A program made the position numbers and the translations under genes. This document shows, in pieces, positions 1 through 16,430 of a DNA stretch of 64,000 bases. How positions within the stretch are numbered: the first letter of the stretch is position 1; every line of letters begins with the position of its first letter. The notes beneath the pieces are model-generated. The model made no database searches and was not told where the DNA came from. It worked only from the letters and a program-made list of their open reading frames with translations. The DNA lies in the NCBI RefSeq assembly GCF_009914755.1, contig NC_060929.1. The stretch is one strand, 5' to 3'. The DNA is from the human T2T-CHM13v2.0 reference genome, Homo sapiens.

Positions 1-668
1 GGAGGTAAGCCCAAATTTTGGGACTGCTTTATATTCCTTTTCTCATAGTGGGGCAAAGGACTCCTGTTTTAAGTATGAATTATTTTTTCATGAGAACCCA
101 GAATTTTTGTTTGTTGACACATACCTCTGATTTCATTAATAGTTTAAGGTATATTGCGAGGTCCCTTGTTTAACGAGGGTTACAGGCTGAAGAAGCTTAT
201 CTCACTTGGTCTGACGCAAAAAGCTGAGCGTTATATCCCAGCACTGAGGGAATCATAGTAGACCATTCGATTGCCTATGGTGGGAAAACATTCAAAACAG
301 CACTGATACCCACTCTAAGGTCAGAGCTGCATGACACTTTAAGGTCAGAGACACTCTAAGTTCAGAGACGTCTGAAACAAATAGGCCCTCCTTGGGGCAG
401 ACCACTATAGGTAACACCTTTCATAATCCTTTCATCTGTACAGCTTCTAAGACTGTCCCTCAAAAAGAAAATCCTAAGACTGAGCTGAACATTGTGGATG
501 ACCCCTCCTATAAAGGCCATTTGTCTCTCAGGAGGAACTACAGCTGCCCCGTATAACCTTTTGCCAAATGCTCCAACCATGTAAGGCGAGGCAGAAGAGG
601 AAAAAATTACCCTAAGCCCATAACACACCCAAAATGTAACACTCTACTCAGCAGCTCCCCCAGTACAA

Positions 669-1668
669 TTGCCTCTCAGGGAAATAGCAGGAGTAGAAGG
701 GCCAGTTCAAGTGCAAGACCCATTTTCCATAACTGATAACCAACAATGTAAGGAAAAATTGGGAAGGTACTCTGAGGACCCTGGCAGGTTTGCAGACAGT
801 TTCCAAACTTTGTCTCTGGCTTTTGATTTATCATGGAGATATGTCCAATTCATTTTGGCAACCTGTTTCACCTCTATGGAAAAGAAAAAGATTTTTGAGG
901 CTGCCCCCCATGAGGTGGACCATATGTTTGTCCAAAACCCCAGGGCAATCACCTGGACCCAGACATGGTGCCCACCACCAACCCAAATTGGGTTTATAAT
1001 ACCCCTGTCTGAATGAACAAGTGAGCAGTTTCTTGAGGGACTCCTTGGAAGAATGAAAAAAGGGATAACCAAGGCCATAAATTATAACAATGTCAGGGAA
1101 GTCACACAAGGAAAGGAAGAAAATCCAGCTGTGTTTCATGGCAGGTGTATTTCATGGGAGGTTAGAAGAGGCCTTCAGGAAATATGTAAATTTATACCCT
1201 TCATCTCCCTAGGGTATGATGCTAATGACACAGCATTTTATCAGCCAGTCTTCCTAAGCATCAGGTGCAAACCCCCCAAATTGCAAATGGGACCACAAAG
1301 TAATCAAAATCAGCTTATTGATACAGCCTTTATAGTATATAAAAATTGTGACAAGGAGAAGGAAAAATGAGAACAGAGTTAAGAAAAATGGCAAGCCAAT
1401 ATTATGGCAGCTGTCATTTGCAATGCCCTGAATGCTCAAAGAGTGTCCAAGGGAAACCCAAAGGGCCATAAAGACAATGCCAGCAAAGGCTCTTGCTCCA
1501 AGTGCAAGAAAAATGAACACTGGGCAAAGGATTGCACTAAGTCCCTGCCAGCCTCCTTCCATCATTGTGAAGGGACCAGTCATGACCCCTGGCACTGGAG
1601 AATTGGCTTCCCCTACTCAGTCAGTCAAGACTCTAGCACTGCAAAAGGAGGAACTAGATGAAGACTGA
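669..1668 (+). pseudogene. gag: ERV1 gag remnant (capsid and nucleocapsid zinc knuckle), frameshifted
   Basis: ORF fragments 669-1016, 1053-1370 and 1404-1661; CX2CX4HX4C; gag-type end GAC-TGA at ~1663-1668. Confidence 0.85.
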
Positions 1669-2755
1669 AGGATCCTGGGGCCTTTCTCACTGCCGCTGTC
1701 CTGGAACATCACCATTACTACTGAGGACCCCTGGGTTACTGGTTGTAATGGGTACACAAATTGTTTCTTTTTGACACAGGAGTAAGTTACTTTGTCCTTA
1801 CTGCTTATGCAGGAAAACCCTCCATTAGGACCATGATTGTTATAGGAATGGAAGGGAAAGATAAAGTCAGGCATTTTGCCCCTCCTTTAACTGGCTAATT
1901 TGAAAAACAAATTTTCCAGTAGGAATTTCTAATAGTACCAAGCTGCCTGGTCCCCCTGTTTGGATGGGATACTATGATTAAAATAGGGGCACTGGAGTGA
2001 TTTAAGAACAGCCCACCAAGATTGCTAATGGTCAGTGATGCAGACAATGTTCCAGGACATGTCAAGAAACAAGTCAACGCCCTAGCATGGTATACTGGGA
2101 TGCCTGGAAAGGCTAGAATGGCAGTGCCAGTCAAAATACAGCTTAAAGACCCCAGTCATTTTCCCAACTGAAACCAATACCCAATTAAGCTGGAAGCAAA
2201 AAAGAGCCTAGTATTCATAGTTAAGGAGTAGCTTGTCCATGGACTTCTAAAACCCTGTAATTCTCCTTGTAATACCCCATTTTACCTGTTTTAAAGCCTT
2301 CAGGGGAATACCACATGGTACAGGATCTCAGGGCAATTAATGAAGCAGTGATCCTTGTCCACCCATTAGTAGTAGATCCATATACTCTTCTGACTCAGGT
2401 TCGTTCTGGGGAATGCAAAATGTTTATATGCTTTTTTCCTCCATTCCCCTGGCCCTGGAGTCTCAATACCATGTTGTATTTGAATGGGAAGATTCTAATG
2501 GGAAAGAAAAAAAATGCATCTGGACAGTACTCCCTCAAGGTATACTCCAGTATGTAGAGGACCTTCTTGAGTGTAGTCCAACCTGGGAGCCATCTGACCA
2601 AAATAATGTAAGGACTTTGAATTTTCTGAGAGACGGGGATACAAAGTGTCCAGAAAGAAGGTTCATATCACATTCCAACAGGTCCAATATTTGGGTTCTA
2701 TCTAAACTGCCAGTGCCCAACAGATGTCTCCAGAATAAGTGCAAGCTATGTGCTT
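1669..2755 (+). pseudogene. pol: ERV1 pro-pol remnant (protease, N-terminal RT)
   Basis: DTG protease motif; RT motifs in ORFs 2315-2557 and 2413-2757; multiple stops and frameshifts. Confidence 0.85.
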
Positions 2756-3774
2756 AACTTATCTTAAATAGAACCTAGATTCCCTTACACAGAAGACATA
2801 TTGTAGCATTGGCTCTGAAAGAAAGTGATGAGGATGTTTCAAAGCTATTTTAAATGAAAAATAAGGCAATTTGCTTGCAGATAAAGGATGGATTTCAGGT
2901 AAAATAAAATGACAACAGCAGCAAGAGCATCAATTAAAACAGGATTGAGATCACCAGAAAATGATATCTAAACTAACTTGCAAACACTGGCTCAAGGACT
3001 GATCCTATCCAATTTTGCTTGAACTTTGGGATCTATTTCAGGATTTTAAAAAAACATTGGTGTGTTTTAGAATTACCTGAGCAGTTATTACAGATTAATT
3101 TACCTGAAACCTTTAATGATCATGCCCAGTCACCTGTATTTTTAATAATTTGCCCAGATAATTTGGATGCACTTGCTTTATTTAATGTATTTGAGGGCCC
3201 TCACTTTAATGTGCTAAGATAACAACTTGTAATTATAACCAATAGTCATCCAGACACTTACATGGAAATTTTCACTCTGAGGGTGCTGATGTGACTATTT
3301 CAAGATTGTTATACCAGAAAGAGCAATCTCTTAATGGGAAGTGTACTGAGATACTCACATATTGATTTGTGATGAGTACTTCAGTAGATACTATGAAAGC
3401 CAAGACAAGGAGTGATACAAAATTTATCAATCTAACAAAAGAAATACATAATCAACAGAATGTTTGGACACAAACTGTTTTTTAAGCCAATGTAGTAGGG
3501 CTTTTAGATTAATAACAATAATAAAAAATAAAAGTAACTTAATGTTGCTGTCAAAATGTACTGGAGAAATGGTGGATAAAGATGATATTATTGAGACGAG
3601 GTTATACAATAAAGCAGAAGTGATAAAAAAGTATAGATTAATAAATATGAATAATGAAATAAATTTAAGTGATGCAAGATGATGTTACGGCTGATTTGAG
3701 GTAGTTTAGGAAAAGAGAGACACAATATAAAATGTATCTGGATTTTGAACCTCTGTGATTCAGAGAATGGTAGA

Positions 3775-4125
3775 TATGTTAGCTTGAGTATCCTACAGAC
3801 AGAGTATGAGTCAGGGATTCAGGAGCATGTGGTTTACCAAAGCAATGCTCTTCAGGAAAATGTGGAACAGAATGAGGTAGACAGGATACAGAAGAAGGAG
3901 ACCCACAATGATATAATGTCAAATAAAATATGTCCCTGGCCTGATTGGCAGTGGGGTTTGGGTGCTCAGGAACACAATTCTTGGTGTAGAGTTACTCCAC
4001 AAGAGCAAGTTTCTAGAGAAGGCATGCATCTGTGATCTAGCAGCAAAGACTCACATTGACAGAGGGATGGGTAGATAAGCCAGGCAAAGAAGACCTAGGT
4101 GGTGCATCAACAGCATCTTACTACA
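3775..4125 (-). mobile_element. LTR16-family (ERVL) solo LTR, old
   Basis: Reverse complement of 4098-4125 reads TGTAGTAAGATGCTGTTGATGCACCACC, like the LTR16 5' terminus; internal text is compatible. Confidence 0.6.
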
Positions 4126-4182
4126 GTAGAGCATTCGTTCACAAGAAATTTTCAGTTTAATGTACTAGTTGTTAATCTAAGT

Positions 4183-4248
4183 TAGAAACATCTAGTGTGT
4201 TCACAAAAATTTGAAAGTAGAAACATCTAGTGTATTCATAAAAATTTG
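4183..4248. repeat. 35-bp tandem duplication (2 copies)
   Basis: tagaaacatctagtgt(g/a)ttca(c/t)aaaaatttg at 4183 and 4218. Confidence 0.9.
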
Positions 4249-4259
4249 GGAAATGCATT

Positions 4260-5205
4260 TGGATTATTTTAGATACTCACTATAAATAGAATCATTCAGT
4301 ATTTGTCTTTCTGTAATTGGCTTATGTCACTGGAGGCACAATGTCCTCCAGGTTTATAATTTTCTTATTTTTTTAAAGTCTAAATAATATGCCATTATAT
4401 GTATATACTGCATTTCTTTCTTATTTGTCAATGGCAAGTTGTTTTTATGTATTGGCCATTTTGAAAATATCTGCAATGAACATGGGTGTAGAGATACTTA
4501 CTTGACATATTGATTTCATTTCCTTTGTATATATACCCAGAAGTGTGATTGCGGGATCATCTGACAGTTCAATTTTTAATTTTTGGAGTAACCTCTGTGC
4601 TGTTTTCCATCTTGACTGCACCAATTTTTGTTCCCCAAAACAGTGTATAAAGGATCCCAATTTCTCCACATCCTTGCCAACACTTGTTAAATTTTGTTTA
4701 TTTGTTATAATAGCTATATTAATAGGTATGAATTAATATCACATTGTGATTTTGTTATGTAATTCTGTAATGGTTAGTAATTTTGAATACCCTTTAACCT
4801 CTGGTGATCATTTATTTGTATATCTTCTTTGGATGGTAGTTTCCAGGGGCTAATGGGAAGAGGAAAAGGGGAGTTGTTACTCAATGGTTATAAAATTGTG
4901 TTAATGCAAGATGACTAAATTTTACAGATCTTCTGTCCAACATAGTACCTAATGTTACCAATACAGTATGTTGCACCTTAAAATATGTGAAGCAGGTAGG
5001 CCTCACATTGTGTTCTGACTACACACACACACACACACACATCCCTCAAAATACAAAAAAAATCAAAATTTTTGAAGATGACAGATATGTTTAGAACTTT
5101 ATTATGTTATTACAGGTGTGTACATATGTTCAAACTCATCAAAATGTATACATTAAACATATGTAAAATTTTTATATCAGTTGTACCTCAATAAAGCTTA
5201 AAAAG
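4260..5205 (+). mobile_element. Old L1MA-type LINE 3' end with inverted 5' segment (4260-~4830 minus, ~4831-5205 plus)
   Basis: Minus ORF 4445-4669 resembles the L1 ORF2 C-terminus (DPAITLLGIYTKEMKS); the plus segment is L1M 3'UTR ending caataaagct. Confidence 0.75.
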
Positions 5206-5951
5206 TTTACAATTACAAAATAGAGAAAGGAAAGGAGGGATGAGGAAAGGAAGGAGAAAAGAAAAAGACAAACATTGAGAATATAATAAAAAGATTTGAT
5301 ATTAATCCATTTATTTTTTAATTCAAAACAGTATCATGAAAGTACTAGGCGGAAGCTTTCAGAGAAGACTAATAATAGCAAGATCATTTAAAAACATTGA
5401 TTGGCTGTAGACCCTATTTTACAGGCTCTATCCTAATTATATTAACTTTACATTTTAAAAGGTTTTTTTGTAAAAAAAGAAAGCAAATTACTTTTGATTT
5501 TTTTTTGTTTAAAATATATGCTGTGTTTAGGGGAGACAACAGTCATGTAAACATAACTGAAAATTTTGAAGTACTTTAACATAAGCAAAAAAATTAAAGT
5601 CAACCAAGCTCTCTGACAATTCTTTGAATATTTTCTACAATACTGAGATCTCCATTGGTCCCTTGCTAAGTTATATAAGTCCACAACTAAAGAGACCTTA
5701 TAAATTATTAATAAAACCATGAGAGTAAAGTAAGGAGCTGCAGATAATTACAGTGAAACAAGATGTGTAAATTGGGACTCTCCTGGGCAAGCCAGATTTT
5801 AGGAAAAACTGAATTACTACCTTAGTTCTCAAAAGTGACTATCAAGTCTCTACTGCCTTTACAACTGGGCAAATATTTAAAATGATGTGGAATATTGTTG
5901 ATTCTCATTATAATGTAACTTAGCATAGTAAGTATAGAAAAAAATGCTTGA

Positions 5952-6264
<313 letters not shown>

Positions 6265-6674
6265 TCAACAGAAAAGCTTTCTTAATTCTTCTTTGATTCT
6301 TACAAATTCATTTTTTCTATTTATTATGTTTAATAGCATTTTGGCATATAAATGTTTTCTGCCTGAGAAGAGTGATTATATCTATGTAAATTTCTACATG
6401 TGCATATTTGTTAGTAGGCCAGCTCCACTCACTGTGGCATCCTGTTATAAAACAAGTTATTGCCTTTAAAAAAAGAGTCATGAGTGGAAAACTTTGAATT
6501 CTGAATATATTTTGCATAAACCAATGTTGTTTAATCTGAAAATGTTAAATAATGAAGTTGACTGGAAATGTCTTTCAAAATTATGTCTCCTTGAACCCTT
6601 TCAAAACCTATTATCTAAATTTGTCCTTGATTATAGAGTCAAAAATCAGTTGCTAATGAATTGTATATATATGG

Positions 6675-7140
6675 TACTGCTGGTTTCTGATTTACGATGT
6701 TTTACAAAAAGGGACTTTTTGACCTTAAAGTTGTGCAAATGTAATATGTATTAAGTAGAAGCCATACTCAAAATTTTGAATTTTGACCTTTTCCTGAGAT
6801 CTTATGTGGTACAGTACTGTCTTGTGGTGCTGGGCAGTGGCAGCAAACCACAGCTCACAGTTAGCCACACAATCACAAAGGTAAACAATCAGTACTGTAC
6901 TGTACAGTATATTGTATTCAACAAATTTTTGAGATATTCACCATTTTATTGTAAAATAGGCTGTGAGTTATTTTTTCCAACTCTAGGCTAATATTTAAGT
7001 GTTCTTCATATGTTTAAGGTAGGCTAAGCTAAGCTATAATCTTAGGTTAGGTGTATTAAATATATTTTTGATTTATGTATTTTCAACTTAGGATGGGTTT
7101 TTGGGGACATGGCCTCATCATAAGTCAAGGAGAATCTGTA
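6675..7140. mobile_element. MER47/Tigger5-type TcMar DNA transposon relic
   Basis: gaagccatactcaaaattttgaattttgac...aggctaagctaagct...cataagtcaaggagaatctgTA terminus. Confidence 0.7.
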
Positions 7141-7534
7141 GTTAAATATATATTTTTTTGAATTTAGATAATTACAGAATAGTTACAGAATTTTTAAACT
7201 ACAGTTTTCATCTAATGTAAAAGACAATTTCTTGGAAGGAAATATACACCAGCAACAGATGAAAATTTACATGTGATAAAAATACAGAATATTACGTAAG
7301 CTCATACAGCTAATCACTTATTTCACGTATCCTTATTATTATACTTATTATTTCTAAATACTCCAATTCAAAACTGGAACAAGTCCTTCAACTCCCATTA
7401 TCTATATCCATGGAGACCATTAACTATGTACTATAATTCATTTTCTCCTGCTGCATAGCTAACGACAGAGACTTTAGGTTGTGTCAACATCATTTCCAAA
7501 GTAGAAATTGTGGTAGCATCCTTTGTTCTGAGAA

Positions 7535-8005
7535 ATCATTAGAACTTCCAGTTCAATTTTGAATAAGAACAGTGAGAAAGGACATCCTAAATTGTTCCAA
7601 ACTTAGGAGAAAAATGCTTAGTCTTTCATAAAGTTTAATATATGTTTAATGAATAATTTTATTGATGTCTTTTAATAGGTTAAGGAAGTTGTATTTTGTC
7701 CTTATTTTACTGAAAGTTATTCTTAAATTATGAAATATCTTTTCTATAGCTATAGGGATGATGCTATATTTCTTTAGTCTATTGTTATGGTGAATTATGT
7801 TGATTGATACAAATGTTGAACCAGTTTTGCATTCCCACGCTAAACTCTACTTGGTAGTGACATGCTGTTGTTTTTATATGTTGCTGGATTCAATTTCCCA
7901 AACACTTTTTGATGACTTTTCTATCTATGCTCATGAAGAACATTGGTCTATAGTTTACTTTTCTTTAAATGCTTGCTTCTGGTTAATGTAACAGGGTTAT
8001 ATTCA
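7535..8005 (-). mobile_element. Old L1M ORF2 fragment
   Basis: agaacttccagttcaattttgaataag...ggacatcct...gttgaaccagttttgcattcc, a degenerate version of the L1 ORF2 antisense text at 10050-10480. Confidence 0.75.
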
Positions 8006-8242
8006 TCTCTTTTTTTATTATTTTTTATTTTATTATTATTATACTTTAAGTTTTAGGGTACATGTGCACAACGTGCAGGTTTGTTACATATGTATACATG
8101 TGCCATGTTGGTGTGCTGCACCCATTAACTCGTCATTTAGCATTAGGTATATCTCCAAATGCTATCCCTCCCCCCTCCCACCACCAGACAACAATCCCCA
8201 GAGTGTGATGTTGCCCTTCCTGTGTCCATGTGTTCTCATTGT

Positions 8243-12069
<3,827 letters not shown>

Positions 12070-12132
12070 TATGATGTTAGCTGGTTATTTTGCTTGTTAG
12101 TTGATGCAGTTTCTTCCTAGCCTCAATGGTCT

Positions 12133-13151
12133 TTACGATTTGGCATGATTTTGCAGTGGCTGGTACCATTTGTTCCTTTCCATGTTTAGTGCTTCCTTCG
12201 GGAGCTCTCTTAGGGCAGGCCTTGTGGTGACAAAATTTCTCAGCATTTGCTTCTCTGTAAGGTATTTTATTTCTCCTTCGCTTATGAAGCTTAATTTGGC
12301 TGGATACGAAATTCTGGGTTGAAAATTCTTTTCTTTAAGAATGTTGAATATTGGCCCCCACTCTCTTCTGGCTTGTAGAGTTTCTGCCAAGAGAACCGCT
12401 GTTAGTCTGATGGGCTTCCCTTTGTGGGTAACCCGACCTTTCTCTCTGGCTGCCCTTAACAATTTTTCCTTCATTTCAACTTTGATGAATCTGACAATTA
12501 TGTGTCTTGGAGTTGCTCTTCTCAAGGAGTATCTCTGTGGTGTTCTCTGTATTTCCTGAATCTGAACGTTGGCCTGCCTTGCTATATTGGGGAAGTTCTC
12601 CTGGATAATATCCTGCAGAGTGTTTTCCAACTTGGTTCCATTCTCCCCATCACTTTCAGGTACACCAATCAGACACAGATTTGGTCTTTTCACATAGCCC
12701 CAAATTTCTGGTAGGCTTTGTTCATTTCTTTTTATTCTTTTTTCTCTAAACTTCCCTTCCTGCTTCATTTCATTCATTTCATCTTCCATCACTGATACCC
12801 TTTCTTCCAGTTGATCCATCAGCTCCTGAGGCTTCTGCTGCATTCTTCACATAGTTCTCGAGCCTTGGCTTTCAGCTCCATCAGCTCCTTTAAGCACTTC
12901 TCTGTATTGGTTATTCTAGTTATGCATTCGTCTAAATTTTTTTCAAAGTTTTTAACTTCTTTGCCTTTGGTTTGAATTTCCTCCTGTACATCAGAGTAGT
13001 TTGATCGTCTGAAGCTTTCTTCTCTCAACTCATCAAAGTAAGTCTCCATCCAGCTTTGTTCTGTTGCTGGTGAGGAACTGCGTTCCTTTGGAGGAGGAGG
13101 GGTGCTCTGCTTTTTAGAGTTTCCAGTTTTTCTGCTCTGTTTTTTCCCCAT
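12133..13151 (-). pseudogene. L1 ORF1, disrupted (stop and frameshift near 12815-12821)
   Basis: MGKKQSRKTGNSK... (12819-13151) continues in another frame with RPNL...PRHIIVRF...YPAKLSF (12133-12843). Confidence 0.95.
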
Positions 13152-13899
13152 CTTTGTGGTTTTATCTACTTTTGGTCTTTGATGATGGTGATGTACAGAT
13201 GGGTTTTTAGTGTAGATGTCCTTTCTGTTAGTTTTCCTTCTAACAGACAGGACCCTCAGCTGCAGGTCTGTTGGAGTTTGCTAGAGGTCCACTCCAGACC
13301 CTATTTGCCTGGGTATCAGCAGCGGTGGCTGCAAAACAGTGGATTTTCGTGAACCGCGAATGCTGCTGTCTGATCGTTCCTCTGGAAGTTTTGTCTCAGA
13401 GGAGTACCTGGCCGTGTGATGTGTCAGTCTGCCCCTACTGGGGGGTGCCTCCCAGTTAGGCTGCTTGGGGGTCAGGGATCAGGGACCCACTTGAGGAGGC
13501 AGTCTGCCCGTTCTCAGATCTCTAGCTGCGTGCTGGGAGAACCACTGCTCTCTTCAAAGTTGTCAGACAGGGACATTTAAGTCTGCAGAGGTTACTGCTG
13601 TCTTTTTGTTTGTCTGTGCCCTGCCCCCAGAGGTGGAGCCTACAGAGGCAGGCAGGCCTCCTTGAATAATGCAGACAGCTCTTGATTTCAGCAGGCTCTA
13701 GTTCAAAGTTCCACCTGTTTGCAAATATCTCAACTCTGAGAGGGAAATGATAACTTTATGATGTTTTCTTCTCTTCTGTAGGAAAATGACAGTGACCACA
13801 TTAAATTACATTAAACCAAATAGGCACACTACATTTAAGTGGTCAAATATTTGCCATATAGTAGAATTGTATATTAAGAACTGTTAATAAATAAAAACA

Positions 13900-14720
13900 C
13901 TCCATTGTGTATATGAGCCACATTTTCTTTATCAATTCATTAATTGGTGGGTGCTTACCTTGCTTTCATGTCTTGGTTATTTTGAATAGTGCTGTAATAA
14001 ATATCAGAATGCACATTTGTTTTCTTTTGGATATATACCTGGAAGTGAAATTCCTGGATCATATGTTAGTTCTATTTTTAGTTTTTGAGAAACTTTCCTA
14101 CTGTTCTCCATAGTGATTATACTTACATACATTTCCACAAACAGTGTACGTGAGTTTCTCTTTCTCCATATCCTCACCAGCATTCGTTATTGCTGTCTTT
14201 TGGTTAAAATACATTTTAACTAGGGTGAGATGTTACCTCATTGTAGTTTTGATTTGCATTAGTCTGATAATTAGCTATTTCGAACATATTTGCCTATAAC
14301 TGTTGTCTATTTGTATGTTTTCTTTAGTAAAGTTTCTATTCATATTTTTTGCCCATTTTTTAATCTGATTATTTGTGGATTTTTTTCTATTTAGTTGTTT
14401 GAGCTCCTTACGTATTTTGGTTATTGTTAGAAAGGTGGTTTGCAAATATTTTCTCCCATGCTATGGTTGTGTCTTCACTTTGTTTATTGTTTTCTTTGCT
14501 GTGCAGAAGCTTTTTAGCTTGATGTGATTCCATTTGTTCATTTTTTATTTGGTTGCCTATGCTTTTGACGTCTTACTCAAGAAATCTTTGCCCAGTGTAA
14601 TGTCCTGGAGTATTTCCCCAATATTTTCTTCTAATAGTTTCATAGTTTCAGAATGAAGTTTTTAATTCATTTTGATTTGATTTCTCTATATGGCAAGAGA
14701 TAGGGGTCTAGTTTCATACT
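13900..14720 (-). mobile_element. L1MA-type LINE, ORF2 3' portion
   Basis: ccattgtgtatatgagccacattttc...tttgctgtgcagaagctttttag...taggggtctagtttca. Confidence 0.85.
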
Positions 14721-14724
14721 CTCT

Positions 14725-15780
14725 CTAACATTTCTTGTAAAACAACTCTGATGTTGACAAAATCTCTCAGTTTTTTTGAGAAATGTTTTTATTTATGTTT
14801 GAAAGATAATTTTTCTAAGTACAACATTATAGTTTTAAAATTGGAGTGGTTTTTAAAATTATTATTTTCTATACTACTTTGAATATGTCAACCTGCTTTC
14901 TCTTGACCTACAAAGTTTCTGCTGAGAAGTCTGCTGCCAAACATATTGGAGCTCCATTATGTGTTATTTGCTCCTTTTCTCTTGTTTATTTTAGGATCCT
15001 TTTTTAAAAAAAATCTTTGAACTTTGAGAGTTTGATTATTATATGCCTTGGAGTAGTCTTCTTGGGGTTGTATCTACTTTTTCTTTTATGACCTTCTTGT
15101 ACCTGGATACTCACATCTTTCACTAGGTTTGGAAAGTTCTATATTGTTAGTTATTTTTGAATAAACTTTATACTCTGATTTCTTTCTCTACATCCTCTTT
15201 AAGGTCAATAACTCTGAGGTTTGCCATTTTAAGTCTGTTTTCTGGATATTGTAGTCATAATTCATTCTTTTTTAATTCTTCTCCTCTAACAATGCATTTT
15301 CATATTACCTGTCTTCAAGCTTACTACATCTTTTGCATGCTTGATGAATTTTGCTATGGAGAGACTCTGATACATTTTTCAGTTTGTCAGTTGAATTTTT
15401 CAGCTCCAGAATTTTTGCTTGATTTTTATTATTTCAATATCTTTGTTAAATTTCTCTGACAGAATTCTGAATTCCTTCTCTGTATTGTCTTAAAGTTTGT
15501 TGAGCTTCCTCAAGACAGCTATTTTGAATTATCTGCCTGAAAGTTTACATATCTATATTACTGAGACTGATCATTTCTGCCCTATTTAGTTTGTTTTGTG
15601 AGGACATGTTTTCCTGAATAACATGTGGACACTCATGAATGTCTGGGCATTGTAGATTTAGGTATATATACTGATCTCTGTAGTTCAGAATGTTTGTACT
15701 CACCTTTCTTGAGAAGGCTGTCCACATAGTCAGAGAATTGGGTATTGTGATCTAAGCCTGTGGTCACTTCAGTTGTATTA
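14725..15780 (-). mobile_element. Old L1M ORF1/5' region fragment
   Basis: catttcttgtaaaacaactctgatgttgacaaaatctctcag...gtttctgctgagaagtctgctg..., typical L1M ORF1 antisense. Confidence 0.75.
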
Positions 15781-16084
15781 AACATCACTGCACTTTTAAA
15801 CTCCTCTATATAATTTTTCATTTCCTTCTATGGATGAATTATTGGGCAGAACCTAGAGCTGTTTTTGCAGTATTTCAAAAGATTAACAAATAATTACATG
15901 GTGTCTAGATCTTAATAGTCAAATCCAATCTAATATCTGATTTCTTTTATATTGTATTTTGTTTAATCTTCCTCAGTAAATTTTAAGTTTTGTAAATAGG
16001 GATTATCATTTATTATAAGTGACAACCTTTAACATTTTTGCAACTTTTATTACTTCCAGAGGAAAAGATTGTAGTAGAAAAATA

Positions 16085-16430
16085 AGCATTACAGTGAAGA
16101 GGCCTGTGATAAAAGGTTTGGAGTACAGTGCTAAATGCTTGAGGGGATGGATACGGCGTTCTCCGTGATTCCTTCTAGTTTTAATGTGTATTAGCTGTGT
16201 GATCTTCAACAATAACAAAGAATCTTTATATTTCACATTTGTATTTTGGAGATATATCTCCAAATTTTATATATATACATATTTATTTATACATATTTAT
16301 TTATTTATTTAATTATATATATATCTCTTTCATTATAATGTCCTAATTAGAATATAATAAATCATTAAAGCATTGAAAATAACAAATGACACTTAGTAAA
16401 CACTAAATAATTATTATTTTTATCATGATT
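16085..16430 (+). mobile_element. MIR remnant interrupted by AT-rich repeat
   Basis: ttggagtacag...tattagctgtgtgatctt...taaagcattgaaaataacaaatgacacttagtaaacactaaataa. Confidence 0.5.

Larger units (their letters stand above)
1..2755 (+). mobile_element. Class I (gammaretrovirus-like, ERV1) endogenous retrovirus internal region, decayed leader-gag-pro-pol; truncated within RT, no LTR in window
   Basis: Gag-like peptides PLREIAGVEGPVQVQDPFS and MKKGITKAINYNNVREVTQGKEENPA; CCHC knuckle CSKCKKNEHWAKDC; protease FLFDTG (~1765-1782); RT VQDLRAINEAV, WTVLPQG and YVED. Family not determined. Confidence 0.9.
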
